A stretch of DNA of 64,000 nucleotides from Parcubacteria group bacterium GW2011_GWA2_40_23. GTDB taxonomy: Bacteria > Patescibacteriota > Patescibacteriia > UBA11705 > JABHMO01. Made by a program: the position numbers and the translations under genes. Positions within the stretch are counted from its first letter, which is position 1. The number at the start of each line of letters is the position of its first letter. Below the pieces are notes generated by a model. The model ran no database searches, was not told where the DNA came from, and was given only the letters and a program-made list of their open reading frames with translations. Positions 29,687 to 41,300 of this stretch are shown piece by piece. Location of the stretch: contig LBYP01000002.1 in NCBI GenBank assembly GCA_000996245.1, forward strand, positions 5,352 through 69,351. The letters are read 5' to 3'.

Positions 29687-29878
29687 CTAGGCGCGTTGCT
29701 TGACCTTGAGTTGCATGTACAAGGCGATAGGAAAGAAGATCAGCCCGAAGAGTCGGTAGATCAGGAAGTCGCCAGCAGGAACCCCTGAACGTAAGGTTGG
29801 ATCATCTCTGACGAGACTCGCAGCGAAATAACCCCAGAGCAAATTGAGCAGGACGACGGCTACTGCGATAGAAAGCAT
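29687..29878 (-). CDS. GC-rich small membrane protein (63 aa, two TM)
   Basis: GGGGGAGG SD 3 nt upstream. TTGACA-N17-TAATAT promoter-like sequence upstream (minus strand). Hydrophobic helices. Confidence 0.45.
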   Translation of the reverse strand: MLSIAVAVVLLNLLWGYFAASLVRDDPTLRSGVPAGDFLIYRLFGLIFFPIALYMQLKVKQRA

Positions 29879-30120
29879 TCAAGCCTCCCCCAAAAGATTT
29901 GCGCACCCGAAAGCATATATTAGTTTTATTATACCTGTTTGTCAATAATTTGAAAAAAACAGTGATTTGCTGTAAAATTATGTTGTTATATGATTTATAC
30001 ATTAATTAATCAAATAAAAATCTCCCCGGTGGGGGAATAACCTTGTCTCCTCAACGTTTGTGTTGCTGTAATTCTTCCATGATCCATGTCCTATGTATAA
30101 CTAAACAATTCTTAAAATAT

Positions 30121-31392
30121 ATGTTAGATATAAAATTTATCCGTGAAAATAAAGAGCTCCTGCAAACAGTCGCAGGTCAAAAGAATATTAAGGTCGACTT
30201 CGAAAAGCTTATTAAGCTTGACGATAAGCGTCGCACTTTGAATCAGAAAATTGACGAACTCAGGACTCAAAAGAATCAAACATCTAAAGAGATTCCACAA
30301 ATGTCATCCAAGGATAGAGAAATTGCCCTAGAAAAGATGAAAGTGGTCGATACGGAACAAGATAAGCTTGAAGAGCAATTAAAACCATTATTAATTGAAA
30401 TTAACGATTTGATGTTGCAAGTCCCCATGTATGTTCATAAAGATACACCTGTCGCGCTTGATGAAGGCGGCAATGTCTCAATTAAAGAGGTTGGAGAGAT
30501 TCGAAAATTTGATTTTACAATTAAAGATCATGTTCAACTTGGTAAAGACTTAGATATTATTGATGGCGAACGTGGTGTCAAAATTGGTGGATCTCGAGCT
30601 TATGTCCTAAAAGGTGATGGAGCACGACTTGAACAATCTCTTTTGAAATATGCTCAGGACTTCATTTCACGTAAAGGTTATACTTTAATGTATGTGCCAG
30701 TGATAGTCGATCGTTTCGCTTTGGAAGGCACCGGTTTTTTCCCTGGTTCAGAAGATCAAATTTATCATTTGGGAAAAGATGATAAGTATTTGGTCGGTAC
30801 GTCCGAAGTTGCTTTAGGCGCATATTATTCAAACGAGGTGTTAGATATTAAGAATATTCCGTGTAAAATGGCGGGGATTTCAACCTGTTTTAGACGCGAA
30901 GCTGGTACTTATGGTAAAGATACGTCTGGGGTTTATCGTGTCCACCAATTTAACAAAGTCGAACAATTTATTCTTTGTGAAGGTAGTGAAGAAAAAAGCC
31001 AAGCTATGTTTGATGAGTTAGCCAAGAATGTTGAAGAATTTTTAGCATCATTAAAACTGCCTTATAGAATATTGAATATCTGTACAGGCGACATGGGGCG
31101 TGGCAAATATCAAATGTATGATTTTGAATGTTGGATGCCAAGCAGAAAAAATTATGGAGAAACTCATTCTTGCTCAAATCTTCATGATTTCCAGGCGCGA
31201 CGACTTAATCTACGTTACAAAGACGCCGATGGTAAGATAAGTTATTGCCATACTCTGAATAATACTTTGGTCGCGACACCAAGAATACTTATTCCAATTC
31301 TTGAATTGAACCAAAATGAGGATGGCAGCATCAATATACCTGAAGTTTTACGACCATACATGGATAATCAAGAGAAAATAGTCAAAAAATAG
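30121..31392 (+). CDS. serS: Seryl-tRNA synthetase
   Basis: MLDIKFIRENKELL canonical start, N-terminal coiled coil, class II core. The TTG-extended ORF from 30043 is rejected. Confidence 0.9.
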   Translation: MLDIKFIRENKELLQTVAGQKNIKVDFEKLIKLDDKRRTLNQKIDELRTQKNQTSKEIPQMSSKDREIALEKMKVVDTEQDKLEEQLKPLLIEINDLMLQVPMYVHKDTPVALDEGGNVSIKEVGEIRKFDFTIKDHVQLGKDLDIIDGERGVKIGGSRAYVLKGDGARLEQSLLKYAQDFISRKGYTLMYVPVIVDRFALEGTGFFPGSEDQIYHLGKDDKYLVGTSEVALGAYYSNEVLDIKNIPCKMAGISTCFRREAGTYGKDTSGVYRVHQFNKVEQFILCEGSEEKSQAMFDELAKNVEEFLASLKLPYRILNICTGDMGRGKYQMYDFECWMPSRKNYGETHSCSNLHDFQARRLNLRYKDADGKISYCHTLNNTLVATPRILIPILELNQNEDGSINIPEVLRPYMDNQEKIVKK

Positions 31393-31401
31393 AGATCTAG
31401 A

Positions 31402-31434
31402 AGAAGCTCCGCAGTTGTGGGGCTTCTTTGTTTT
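31402..31434 (+). terminator. Intrinsic terminator of serS
   Basis: AGAAGC-loop-GCTTCT followed by TTGTTTT. Confidence 0.5.
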
Positions 31435-31454
31435 ATAAAACACCTAAAATCTGC

Positions 31455-31467
31455 TATAATTTAGCAT
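31455..31467 (+). promoter_or_regulatory. -10 element TATAAT placed 7 nt before the alr ATG (leaderless-type promoter)
   Basis: The string TATAATTTAGCATATG is identical at 51573-51588. Confidence 0.4.
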
Positions 31468-32601
31468 ATGAATAACGAAAAAACCTGGGTCGAAATTGAT
31501 CAAGGAAAAATTTTAAATAATTTCAGTCAATTCCGTAAAAGAGTGGGGAAGGGGGTTAAAATTGCTGCAGTTCTTAAGGCTAATGCATATGGTCATGGCC
31601 TTGAAAATGTAACTGAGATCCTTAAAAATAAAACTGATTATTTTGCAGTTGATTCGATTCGCGAAGCGTTGATAGTTAGAAAAATTTCTAAACTTCCAGT
31701 AGTTATTTTTGGTTATACTTCGGAAGGGGAGTATCCAAAACTGCTGAACAATAATTTTGAACAAACTATTTTTGATTTTTCTAATTTAAGCCAATTAAAC
31801 GTTGTGGCGAGTCGATTGCACAGGGTTGCACAAATTCATTTAGAAATTGAAACTGGTACTTCTCGTAATGGGATTTTATTGAAGGATTTGCCTATGTATC
31901 TTGGGTTCATAAAAAAGAACAAGTCCTTGAGTTTGGCAGGTTTGTTTACACATTTTGCCAATATTGAGGACACAACTAATCATGCATATGCAGAAAAGCA
32001 ATTAAAGATATATAAAGAGGCAGTTAAGTTGGTAAATGAATTTGGTTTTAAAGATTTTATTAAACATACGGCCTGCACGGCTGCGAGCATTCTCTTTGAT
32101 AAAACTTATTTTGATATGATACGTTTAGGTATTGGTCTTTATGGTATGTGGCCGTCAGAAGAAACAAAAATTAGTGCGCAGAACGATAGGATTGATCTTA
32201 AGTTGAAACCAGCATTAACCTGGAAAACAAGAATTGCACATATCAACGATTTACCAACAAAAACATATGTCAGTTATGGTTGTACTGAACGTTTAATGCG
32301 TGACAGTAAGGTTGCAGTCATCCCTGTGGGTTATTATGATGGCTTTGATAGAGGGCTCTCAAATATAGGTGAAGTCCTGGTTGGAGGCCTACGTTGCCCA
32401 GTTTTAGGTCGAATTTGTATGAATATGAGTATGATTGATGTTACTAACGTTAAAAACGTAAAGATTGATGATGAAGTTGTCCTTCTTGGCCGTCAAAAAC
32501 AAGAAGAAATCACAGCGGAAACAACGGCACAAAAAATAAATACGATTAATTACGAGGTTACGACGCGCATCAACCCCCTAATAAAGAGATTTACAATTTA
32601 A
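31468..32601 (+). CDS. alr: Alanine racemase
   Basis: PLP-lysine motif AVLKANAYGHG. Confidence 0.85.
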   Translation: MNNEKTWVEIDQGKILNNFSQFRKRVGKGVKIAAVLKANAYGHGLENVTEILKNKTDYFAVDSIREALIVRKISKLPVVIFGYTSEGEYPKLLNNNFEQTIFDFSNLSQLNVVASRLHRVAQIHLEIETGTSRNGILLKDLPMYLGFIKKNKSLSLAGLFTHFANIEDTTNHAYAEKQLKIYKEAVKLVNEFGFKDFIKHTACTAASILFDKTYFDMIRLGIGLYGMWPSEETKISAQNDRIDLKLKPALTWKTRIAHINDLPTKTYVSYGCTERLMRDSKVAVIPVGYYDGFDRGLSNIGEVLVGGLRCPVLGRICMNMSMIDVTNVKNVKIDDEVVLLGRQKQEEITAETTAQKINTINYEVTTRINPLIKRFTI

Positions 32602-32603
32602 AT

Positions 32604-33425
32604 ATGGGCATTAGCAGTAAATATCAACGTGATTATTCAAATGTCAGCTTCGATAATCCACGTTTATTAAAAAAGCGTGAAAATCGTAAGCTTTTTTTAG
32701 CGCGTACTATATCAATAATAAGCGGCGTTATTATAATTGCTTTATTTTACTTTATATTTTATTCAAGTTTTTTTAGAGTTACGACTTATGAAGTCAATGG
32801 CTTACAAAAGATAAAGCAGGAAAACATAGACAATATTATCAATAATTACTTGAATAAACGTAGGTTATTGATTTTTTCTCATCATAATTTTTGGTTGTTA
32901 GATAAGAATGGTTTAAAGACAGAAATCAATAAATATTATTATTTTGAGCAATTAGAAATAAAACGAAAGCTACCAAACCGATTGATTATCAATATCTCCG
33001 AAAAACAGCCTATGATTAATTGGGTTTCAAATGAATTGTGTTTTCACGTTGACTTGAGTGGAAATGCAATTGGTTATTGTGAAAATGATAGTGGATTAGT
33101 GACTATACGTGATTTACAACAAAAAGAAGTCAAAATTGGGTCATTGGTAGCCAGCCCAGAGACCTTAAACTACATCATTAATTTGCATCAGCAAGCCACG
33201 AATATATTAAAAGAGCGATATAAACCTCTTTATTATGAACTAAATGATAAGTTACTCACGGCACATAGTGATTCGGGTCCTGAGATTCGATATAATTTAG
33301 ATATTGCGATAGGGGAACAAGTGGGGCGATTAGATCTTGTCTGTAGGCAGAAAGAGGTTAAAGACAATTATCAAAATCTTAAGTATATTGATTTGCGCTT
33401 TGGAGAAAAAGTTTTCTATCAATAA
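32604..33425 (+). CDS. FtsQ/DivIB-like cell-division protein (TM segment plus POTRA-like domain)
   Basis: N-terminal TM helix followed by FRVTTYEVNGLQKI...LPNRLIINISEKQP, a POTRA-like pattern. Confidence 0.5.
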   Translation: MGISSKYQRDYSNVSFDNPRLLKKRENRKLFLARTISIISGVIIIALFYFIFYSSFFRVTTYEVNGLQKIKQENIDNIINNYLNKRRLLIFSHHNFWLLDKNGLKTEINKYYYFEQLEIKRKLPNRLIINISEKQPMINWVSNELCFHVDLSGNAIGYCENDSGLVTIRDLQQKEVKIGSLVASPETLNYIINLHQQATNILKERYKPLYYELNDKLLTAHSDSGPEIRYNLDIAIGEQVGRLDLVCRQKEVKDNYQNLKYIDLRFGEKVFYQ

Positions 33426-33697
33426 TAATTCTCTTAATTCCCCCTTGTTATATTTTACGACACTCAACATAGCGAGTATGAATAGTGGGCGATATTAAAT
33501 AATGCAGAAAGAACTGGTATTGCTAGACTTATTGATAGAGGAGCTAAAGACTACCGCGAAAATTTTTTAAAAAATTTTGGCGGCGTACCATCAGTAATTT
33601 GGTTTAAAAAGTCTTTTTAAATGATTATCCACACGCGCCGCTTGTTCTAAGCTTTAAAAGCCCTATACTTAGTATAGTACAACTCTTAATTAGCATT

Positions 33698-34678
33698 ATG
33701 CGACGTATGTATAATTCAGATAAGCCTATAATTAAACATATCCCCGACTTCCTCGACTACCTCGAGATTGAAAAAGGTCTGGGAAATAAAACGCAAGAAA
33801 ACTACGCGCGTTTTTTACATCGTTTCTCGGAATGGTTGCAGCAGAACAATCAAGAGAAGCTTCTCCCCCACGAATTAAGCCCGGAGCTCGTTTGGGCTTA
33901 TCGTGTATATTTGTCGCGCGAAACAAAATCTAGAAGAAAGAACGAGGACTTTTTGAAAAAATCAACCCAGAATTATTATTTGATTGCCTTGCGCGGATTA
34001 TTGAATTTTTTCACAGAAAGAGATATTAATGCGATTCCTGGTGAAAAAGTTAAACTGGCTAAAAACTTAAAGGAACATAGCATTCATTTTTTAAATCTTG
34101 ATCAAATTAAACAATTATTAGAAGCTCCTGATATTAAACATACTCCTGGTTTAAGAGATCGAGCCATTCTCGAAAGCCTCTTTTCAACTGGATTACGCGT
34201 AGCTGAGCTGGCTAAATTAAATCGAGAAGATTTTAAAGTAAAAGATGGTGTTGTTTTTTTAGAACTTAATGTCATGGGTAAAGGAAGTCATCCTCGAGTA
34301 GTTTATTTTTCCGAGCGAGCTTTAAACTGGATAAAAGCATATTTAGCAAAGCGTGCAGATATTGACCCTGCCCTCTTTATTAATTATAAGCCAGGAAAAA
34401 ATGAAGTTAATGATCGGCGTTTAACGGTTCGTTCGATTGAAGTAATTGTAAAAAAATATGTAAAAATAGCCGGACTACCACTAACAACAACTCCACATAC
34501 GTTGCGACATTCATATGCCACGGACTTGTTGACACAGGGTGTCGATTTGAGGCTTGTTCAGGAGTTTTTGGGTCATCGAAGTATTTCGACGACTCAAATA
34601 TATACTCACGTGACTAACAAGAATCTGCGTGATGTTTACTTGAAATATCATAGTGGCGCACAAGATAAAAAATATTAA
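33698..34678 (+). CDS. Tyrosine recombinase XerC/XerD family
   Basis: C-terminal R..HxxR..Y catalytic motifs (LRHSYATDLL, GHRSISTTQIYTHV). Confidence 0.8.
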   Translation: MRRMYNSDKPIIKHIPDFLDYLEIEKGLGNKTQENYARFLHRFSEWLQQNNQEKLLPHELSPELVWAYRVYLSRETKSRRKNEDFLKKSTQNYYLIALRGLLNFFTERDINAIPGEKVKLAKNLKEHSIHFLNLDQIKQLLEAPDIKHTPGLRDRAILESLFSTGLRVAELAKLNREDFKVKDGVVFLELNVMGKGSHPRVVYFSERALNWIKAYLAKRADIDPALFINYKPGKNEVNDRRLTVRSIEVIVKKYVKIAGLPLTTTPHTLRHSYATDLLTQGVDLRLVQEFLGHRSISTTQIYTHVTNKNLRDVYLKYHSGAQDKKY

Positions 34679-34689
34679 TTTATATTTTT

Positions 34690-34959
34690 ATGATGAGAAA
34701 ATTTTGGCAAATTATGGGAGGAACTTATCTCTTCTTATTCAAAAGAAGAAAAGTGATTTTGGGTCTAGTTATTACTGTTTTGGTTGTTGGTCAGCTTTTT
34801 TTGTTAATTTGGTTGGTTGTGGGACAAGTTAAAATTAAAAAAGACATGAAGAAAAATCAGGACGCGGTCGTAAAGCTTCTCAATAAAACCTATAGTCAAG
34901 CTTGGCAGTTAAATACCAAGTTTAATCAAAGAGAAGCTGCAGCCAACCCCAAAAAATGA
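34690..34959 (+). CDS. Small single-TM protein
   Basis: 89 aa with a hydrophobic helix. Confidence 0.35.
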   Translation: MMRKFWQIMGGTYLFLFKRRKVILGLVITVLVVGQLFLLIWLVVGQVKIKKDMKKNQDAVVKLLNKTYSQAWQLNTKFNQREAAANPKK

Positions 34960-35069
34960 TATCCACTACTTAATAGATGTAATTTTGAAGATATTTTGCT
35001 ATAATTTAAGTGTCAAACAGACAATGACGTTGATATATTTTAAATATTGTAAATTAAATTTATAAAGCT

Positions 35070-35315
35070 ATGTCAAAACTAGTTGATTTTTTGAAGTTTC
35101 CGTGGCTAATTAGAAGCATACGTGAAATAAAAATTTTGTATTTAATTGTTTTTGTGATGTTGGCGGTACAAACAATTTTGTCCGCTCTTTTATTTATGCG
35201 TCTCGAGAAGCTTGATAATAGCTTTATCGATTACCGCGAAACATCCATGAAACGAATTAACCAGATTTACGGTCAGGTCTATTCCCTATCGTCGAGAATT
35301 GAAAATAAAAAATAA
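35070..35315 (+). CDS. Small single-TM protein
   Basis: 81 aa; its stop overlaps the next start (ATAATG). Confidence 0.35.
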   Translation: MSKLVDFLKFPWLIRSIREIKILYLIVFVMLAVQTILSALLFMRLEKLDNSFIDYRETSMKRINQIYGQVYSLSSRIENKK

Positions 35316-38300
35316 TGTATTTATATAATATAAAAATAAAATTTAGTATGACAAAAACAATTTTCATGAATCGTGCTTTTGTCAGTATTATCGCCGTGGT
35401 TACTGTTTTTACCATGAGCGGTATTGCTGGCTTAATACAACCGGCTAACGCAGCTAATCCCCCGCTTGATCCACCGTTAACAACGGCACTAGTTTATTCT
35501 AATCTTGTTGAACCAACAAATTTGACTGTTGGCGTGGATGGAAGTGTTTTGATTGCTGATTTTGACCTTCAAGGAAATGATCAACCATTAAGTAGTTTTA
35601 TGGTTTATGTTGAACCTGTAGGAGATTTTGACCCAGCAACTGATTTGGGTGCAGAAGGTTTGGCAAGTTTCACTCTTGGAATTGTTGAATCACCACAGGG
35701 GCCAGATGACGTTTTATTAAGTTTTATTGGAAACACTCCCATGGTTGGTTCGGGATTCTTTACTGGTATGTATGCTTATCAACTAACTCCAACCGGTTCA
35801 GATCCTTTAATTTCCAGTACCCTTACCACGTACTACCTAAACGCCGTGTATACGGATACGGCCGTTGTTGGGCATTCATTTGTGGTAAAAATCACTTCCC
35901 TTTCTGTTGCTTCTGGTGAATCTGCTGCAGTTTTTACGAACGTAGTTGGAGGTGATCCTGCATTACTAACAACAGAAACAATGACTTTTGTTGAAGGCGA
36001 AGAACCACCACCGGGTGGGGATGGTTTTTCCTTGGTCGCCTACGGTCCGATGCAACAAATGACTATTCCTAAATACGCTCCTGTAGATTTTTTCTTCAAT
36101 GAAGATTTAAATAGCGCTGTGAGAGCAGATTTAGATAGTTATTTTCAAACAGACCCGGTAGTTGCTGGCAATTGGAATCTCTATGATGAATATTGGGGCG
36201 AAAATCATATTTATCATGTTGGGTTTTTTCCGGCTGATGGTTGGGAGACAGGTACGTCTTACAATGTTAAAGCAGCAAAAAGCATTACAAACACTGAGGA
36301 TGAAGCATTTTCATTGGATTTGGGTGGCGGTGATGGTTTTGAATATGGTGACATGGCTTCTGACGAACTTTTTTATTATTTTACTGTTGTCGGTAGTGAT
36401 CAAGAAGACAGTGGTTACTTCCCTCCCATGGCTTTCTTGGGTTATCCTAATAATGAAATGCATAATGTACCAACAAGTTTACAACAGATAGGTGTTGAAT
36501 TTGATCGTAATGATATGGATGCTACAACGTTTACTAACGAAAATATTTATTTAGTCAAAGTTTCACCTGGCGGTGGCGAAGAGACGGTTGATGATGTAGA
36601 ACTATCCCCTGCAAGCGGCTTATCTGGCTCTGTAAGTTTGTCTGGATTTACATTAGAGGCAAATACTAAATATAGGGTTTATGTAACTCGCGATGTCATG
36701 GATAGCCGCGGGAATCGACTAGCTGGACAATTTAGTCAAGGTAGTGAACCCGGTCCCTTTACGAGCAGTTTTTATACTGGTGGAGGTTCAGATCAGCTTA
36801 TAGCTAGGTACATGGGCACAAATTTGAATTTTTTTAGAAATGGTGCCGGACAAATTGTTAACGTCCCCACGGCTGAAAATGTTCGACTATCATTTGACAA
36901 TCCTTTAATGGCCTCATCATTAACGGGCAATATTACAATTGAACCAAGCTTGGGCTGCGGTGAAGGTGGAGATTTATCTTTGTCGTATGATGCCAACTCT
37001 TTTGAAGCAATTGTAATCCCAAACTGTCTTTTTACCGCTTCAACTTCTTATACCTTAAGCTTTGAAGATTTAATGTCGGTTACGGGAACGGAGGTTAACG
37101 CTGGTAGTCTTGTTTTCACGACAGGACTAGCAGATGCCGCACAACCAACAATAAATTCTGTTATGGCCGACAATTATGGTTTGATAATTGAATTTAACGA
37201 GCCAATGGACACTACTCTTGCAGAAAACAAAGGAAACTATGCCTTAAAAGTGCGGAATGATGCTACAGACTGGGCAGAAGTTACAGCCACTCCACTTTCA
37301 AATGCTGTTGTCAGATATGAAAGTGATAATAAAACCGTGTTCATAGATATCTCATTGACTGCTGGGTCTGAATATCAAGTAACTGTCAGCAGCAATTTAA
37401 CAGATTTATCTGACAATCCCCTTTTGACTGATGGCGGTGTTAATGTTCGTACCGGTTATGTTATGGACGCGTCAAAATTTGCGGGCGGTCAAGGAAACCA
37501 AGGCATGGGTGGTAGTACTTTCGACATGGGAAACATGGGAGAAATGCCAATTGCTGTACGACCTATGTCAAAATTAGTTGGAGTTACAACAAAATATTTT
37601 GTTGATTTACCGATAAGTCAACAAATTAATGCTGGTGGCAAAATTGAATTTTGGTTCCCACAGGGATTTATAACGAGTGCTGCGATTCGTGATGCGCAAA
37701 GTCCAGTAAATGGTGACTTTAATCAACCAGCACCAGGTAAACCAAGTTTTGCGAATACAGATCCTGCCGGCACAACCAGTAATGGTGTTGCCAATGATGG
37801 TATTGGCATAATCGGCGAGCGAACTATTGTAATTAAGTTGAGCGAGGGTACTATGCCACAGGATTTTTTGCGTATCGACCTTGATGGCATTGTCAATTCT
37901 TCTACTGTGAAAAAAGAAGATACGGCAGGTTGGCAGGTCAGCATAATGACATATAATTCTTCAGGTGTAATGTTAGAAGGGCTTACATCAATGCCATTTT
38001 ATACGAGTGCTGGTGGTACAAATTCATTGACGGTTGACATTGATGGCGTTAGTGACGGTGACGATGGTTCTTTGGGAGTTTACCTATTCTCCCCCATGAC
38101 CGGTCAAATTATGCAAACAGCGACAATTACGGGCGATGAGTCAGAAGGGGTGGCCGATGGTAGTGTCACTTTCAATAATTTAGATGATGGACAATATGAG
38201 TTCTTCACAGATAAAAATGCACAACTAGATGGCAATATGTACTATGGGAATTCATTTATGGATAGTATTTCGCTGTCAGGCGGTGAGGATGAAACAAGAG

Positions 38301-41300
38301 AAATTATCTTTTCTGATCCTGCAACGCAAGACAATTTATACGCATTAGAAGTTACATTAATTGGAGATTTTACAACCGATGGCGAAAATGACAATGTTGA
38401 TATTTTTGCTGGTTCACCAAATGGATTTCGGGTTATCACGGCTTCACCGGGCAATACTGCTGGTTATCCTGTGACTCTATATTTACCTGATGGTGAATGG
38501 AATGTCGGTATGGGGCCGGCCATGTCTGCAACATCAACGATGGCTTCTCAAATAGATTGGATGCCACCACAAAATCAATTTGTTAAGGTTTGGAATAATG
38601 GATGGAATGCGAGCGTGCAAGAAGTAATATTGGATAGCAGTAATATAGAACAGTATTCAATCAGCGGATCAGTTGTTGATGAAAATGATGTTGGAATTGC
38701 TGATGTTGAAGTTTATGCCTATCAACCGCAAGCAAGTTTCGGAAAACAAAGTGTTAAAACGCAGTCAGATGGTTCTTTTGTCTTGAACGTAGGCTGGCCG
38801 GGTGTTTATACTCTTGGTACAAATAAAAATGGTTTTCCGGAGTCTTCACAGCAATCGATTGCGGTTAATGATGATGTCTCTGATGTTAGTTTTGTGTTGA
38901 AAAAACCAGCTTTTACAATTTCTGGCATGGTAAAAGATTATAATGGTAATGGCGTCCCTAACGCTCCTGTTTGGTCCTATCAAACAGCGGGTGGATTTGG
39001 CTGGTCTGGGACATCAACAGACGTAACAGGTTCATTTATTCTTTATGTTGATACGGGTACTTGGATGGTTGAATCAGACCCAAAAAGTGTCGGGTGGATG
39101 CAATACTCTGATGCAATTGAAATAACAGATGAATCTGTCAGTGGCATTACACTCCAACCAGATACTGATCTTGATTATGTAACCATAACAGGAAATGTAA
39201 GCATAGATGGTAATGCATATACGTACGGACCTATTCGGGCTGTAAAATACAATGCCAATGGGTCATTCGCTGGTCAGCAATATGGTGGTCAAACTGATAG
39301 TCAAGGAGATTATTCAATAACAGTACCAGAAGGAATTTATCGTGTAGATATTTGGGCTCCTGGTTATGGAGAGATTGAACGAACAGACTCTGATGATTAT
39401 CCAAATAACCCTGCAAACGTAAATGCAACCAGTGGCAATGTTGACGGAGTTGATATTACTGTCGGTGCGGATGACTTAATTGATGTCAGCGTTAATTTTA
39501 CAAATCTCGATAGCGGCGAATATGACGGTGTGTCAGCTTTTGTAACACTTAGTGCTGTTAACTTGGGGACAGGAATCCCTACCGGATACAAAAACAATAT
39601 CATGATCAAAAACATTGCTGACCCAACTTTTGATAATATTGTTAAGGTCAAGGAAGGAAATTATTTTGCCTTTGTTCAAGTGCCAGGGTATGGTGAATTT
39701 ATTCCGTTAGAGGGCCAACTAAATGCGGCCACAACACCAGGATACATTGATGTAGGCGCTGGAAGTACCGATAGTAATACACTCACTATTGATCTTCCGG
39801 ATGTAGATAATTTAATTACAGTCACTGGCTCTGTAATTGATGCAGAAGAAAGTCCAGTAGAAAATGCTTGGGTGACAATCAATAACATGGAAAAAGGTTT
39901 TAATCGCGGAGTTAATACTGATAGTAGCGGTGAATTTTCGATTAATTTACCGGTTCTTCAATCAGGAAATTATAATATTGCTGTTGGTAAACCAGGTTAT
40001 ATGGCTGTGACGCCAGAAGCTGTTGATTTAACTGATGTAAATCTAAATGGTATTGCTGATGCATTATATGAATTTACACTTCAACAGCAAACAGCACTTA
40101 TTACAGGTAATATATTTGCTGATAAAGATGGAGGCACAAATAATGTTCTTGATGTGGGAGAAGGTCTCGCTTATGGTTGGATCTTTGCTCAAGAAACAAT
40201 TACAGGTCTAGTAAGTAATACACCTGTTGATGGCAAAGGATATTATCAACTTGGAGTTGTTAATGGTACCTGGGAAGTTTTTGGTAATGCGGATGGATAT
40301 GAACAAACACAGTATAAATCGGGCGGAGTACCTGCAACGATTGTTGTCAACAATGGAAACCAAACCAACAAAAATATTGAACTTGGTTTGCGTGCAGATT
40401 GGAACAAAAAAACCAAAAAGAGCCCCATGACTTTGAATCAAGGTGGTACTATTGATGATTCAGCTTCAACCGGAACTGGTGTTAAATTGGTTGTTCCAGC
40501 GAATGCCATGGGGACATCAAGTTCTTCTGGGTCATTCAATATATCGAACACAACATCAGTTGGTTCATCTAATACGTCTAGACCCTTTGGTATGGAAGGA
40601 AAAGTTGTTAGTGCTGTTGATGCAGATGGTCAACCAATCACGACATTAAGCGATTACATTGACATTGAAATGGTTGTTTGGAAATCAGAAGTTGATGCTG
40701 AAATTGCAGCTGAAAGAATGACTGAAATGTCTGATCTTTTATCCGCTCAACTTGGGTATTATGACAATTCAACAGATAATTGGGTCGCATTAGAAACAAC
40801 GCGTGTCGCCTACTATCAAGAAAATGAAGATGATGCAGAATGGAAAACTTACATTAGCGATGATGAAACATTAAATGATTATGAAGCTTTTATTACGGAT
40901 GCTTTGATTGACGAAACCTTCACTGCTTATTTCGACTATAAGCTTGTTTTCACAGCCAAAACAAACCACTTAACGACTTTTGGGGTAACAACCGCGCTCG
41001 GTGTTGCCGGTGGCGAGGAATCAGCTAATGATGCACCAAGAAGCACTAGCGGCGCCGGTTCAGCTGTTATTCTTGTAACTGAAACAATTGTAGACAAAGC
41101 TATTACAGTTCCCCTTTCAACTTCATCATCAACAGTAGTTTTATCAAAGGCAGGGACTATGAATTTTACAAGCTCCGGTTTAGCTCATAGTTTAACGCTC
41201 AAAAATGTTGATGTGACTGGTCAGTCAGCAATTTTAGTAGTAGCGAGTACCCCCTTCGAAGTAACGGCTAAATTGAACAAGGCGGAATTAGTAGACATAA

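Noticed and set aside
30043-30120. TTG-extended N-termini in the ORF track (serS 30043, atpA 7533, mreB 22347, PBP2 24721, helicase 14359, LigB-like 52943, WecG-NUDIX 48816, membrane protein 20184, HNH protein 45206)
   Set aside because: Each extension overlaps the upstream gene or promoter and precedes an ATG that restores the canonical family N-terminus. Starts were trimmed accordingly.
29900-30120. T-box riboswitch leader upstream of serS
   Set aside because: No AATTAGGGTGGNACCGCG-like T-box sequence or specifier-loop architecture found. Only a short CCCC-GGT-GGGG hairpin is present.
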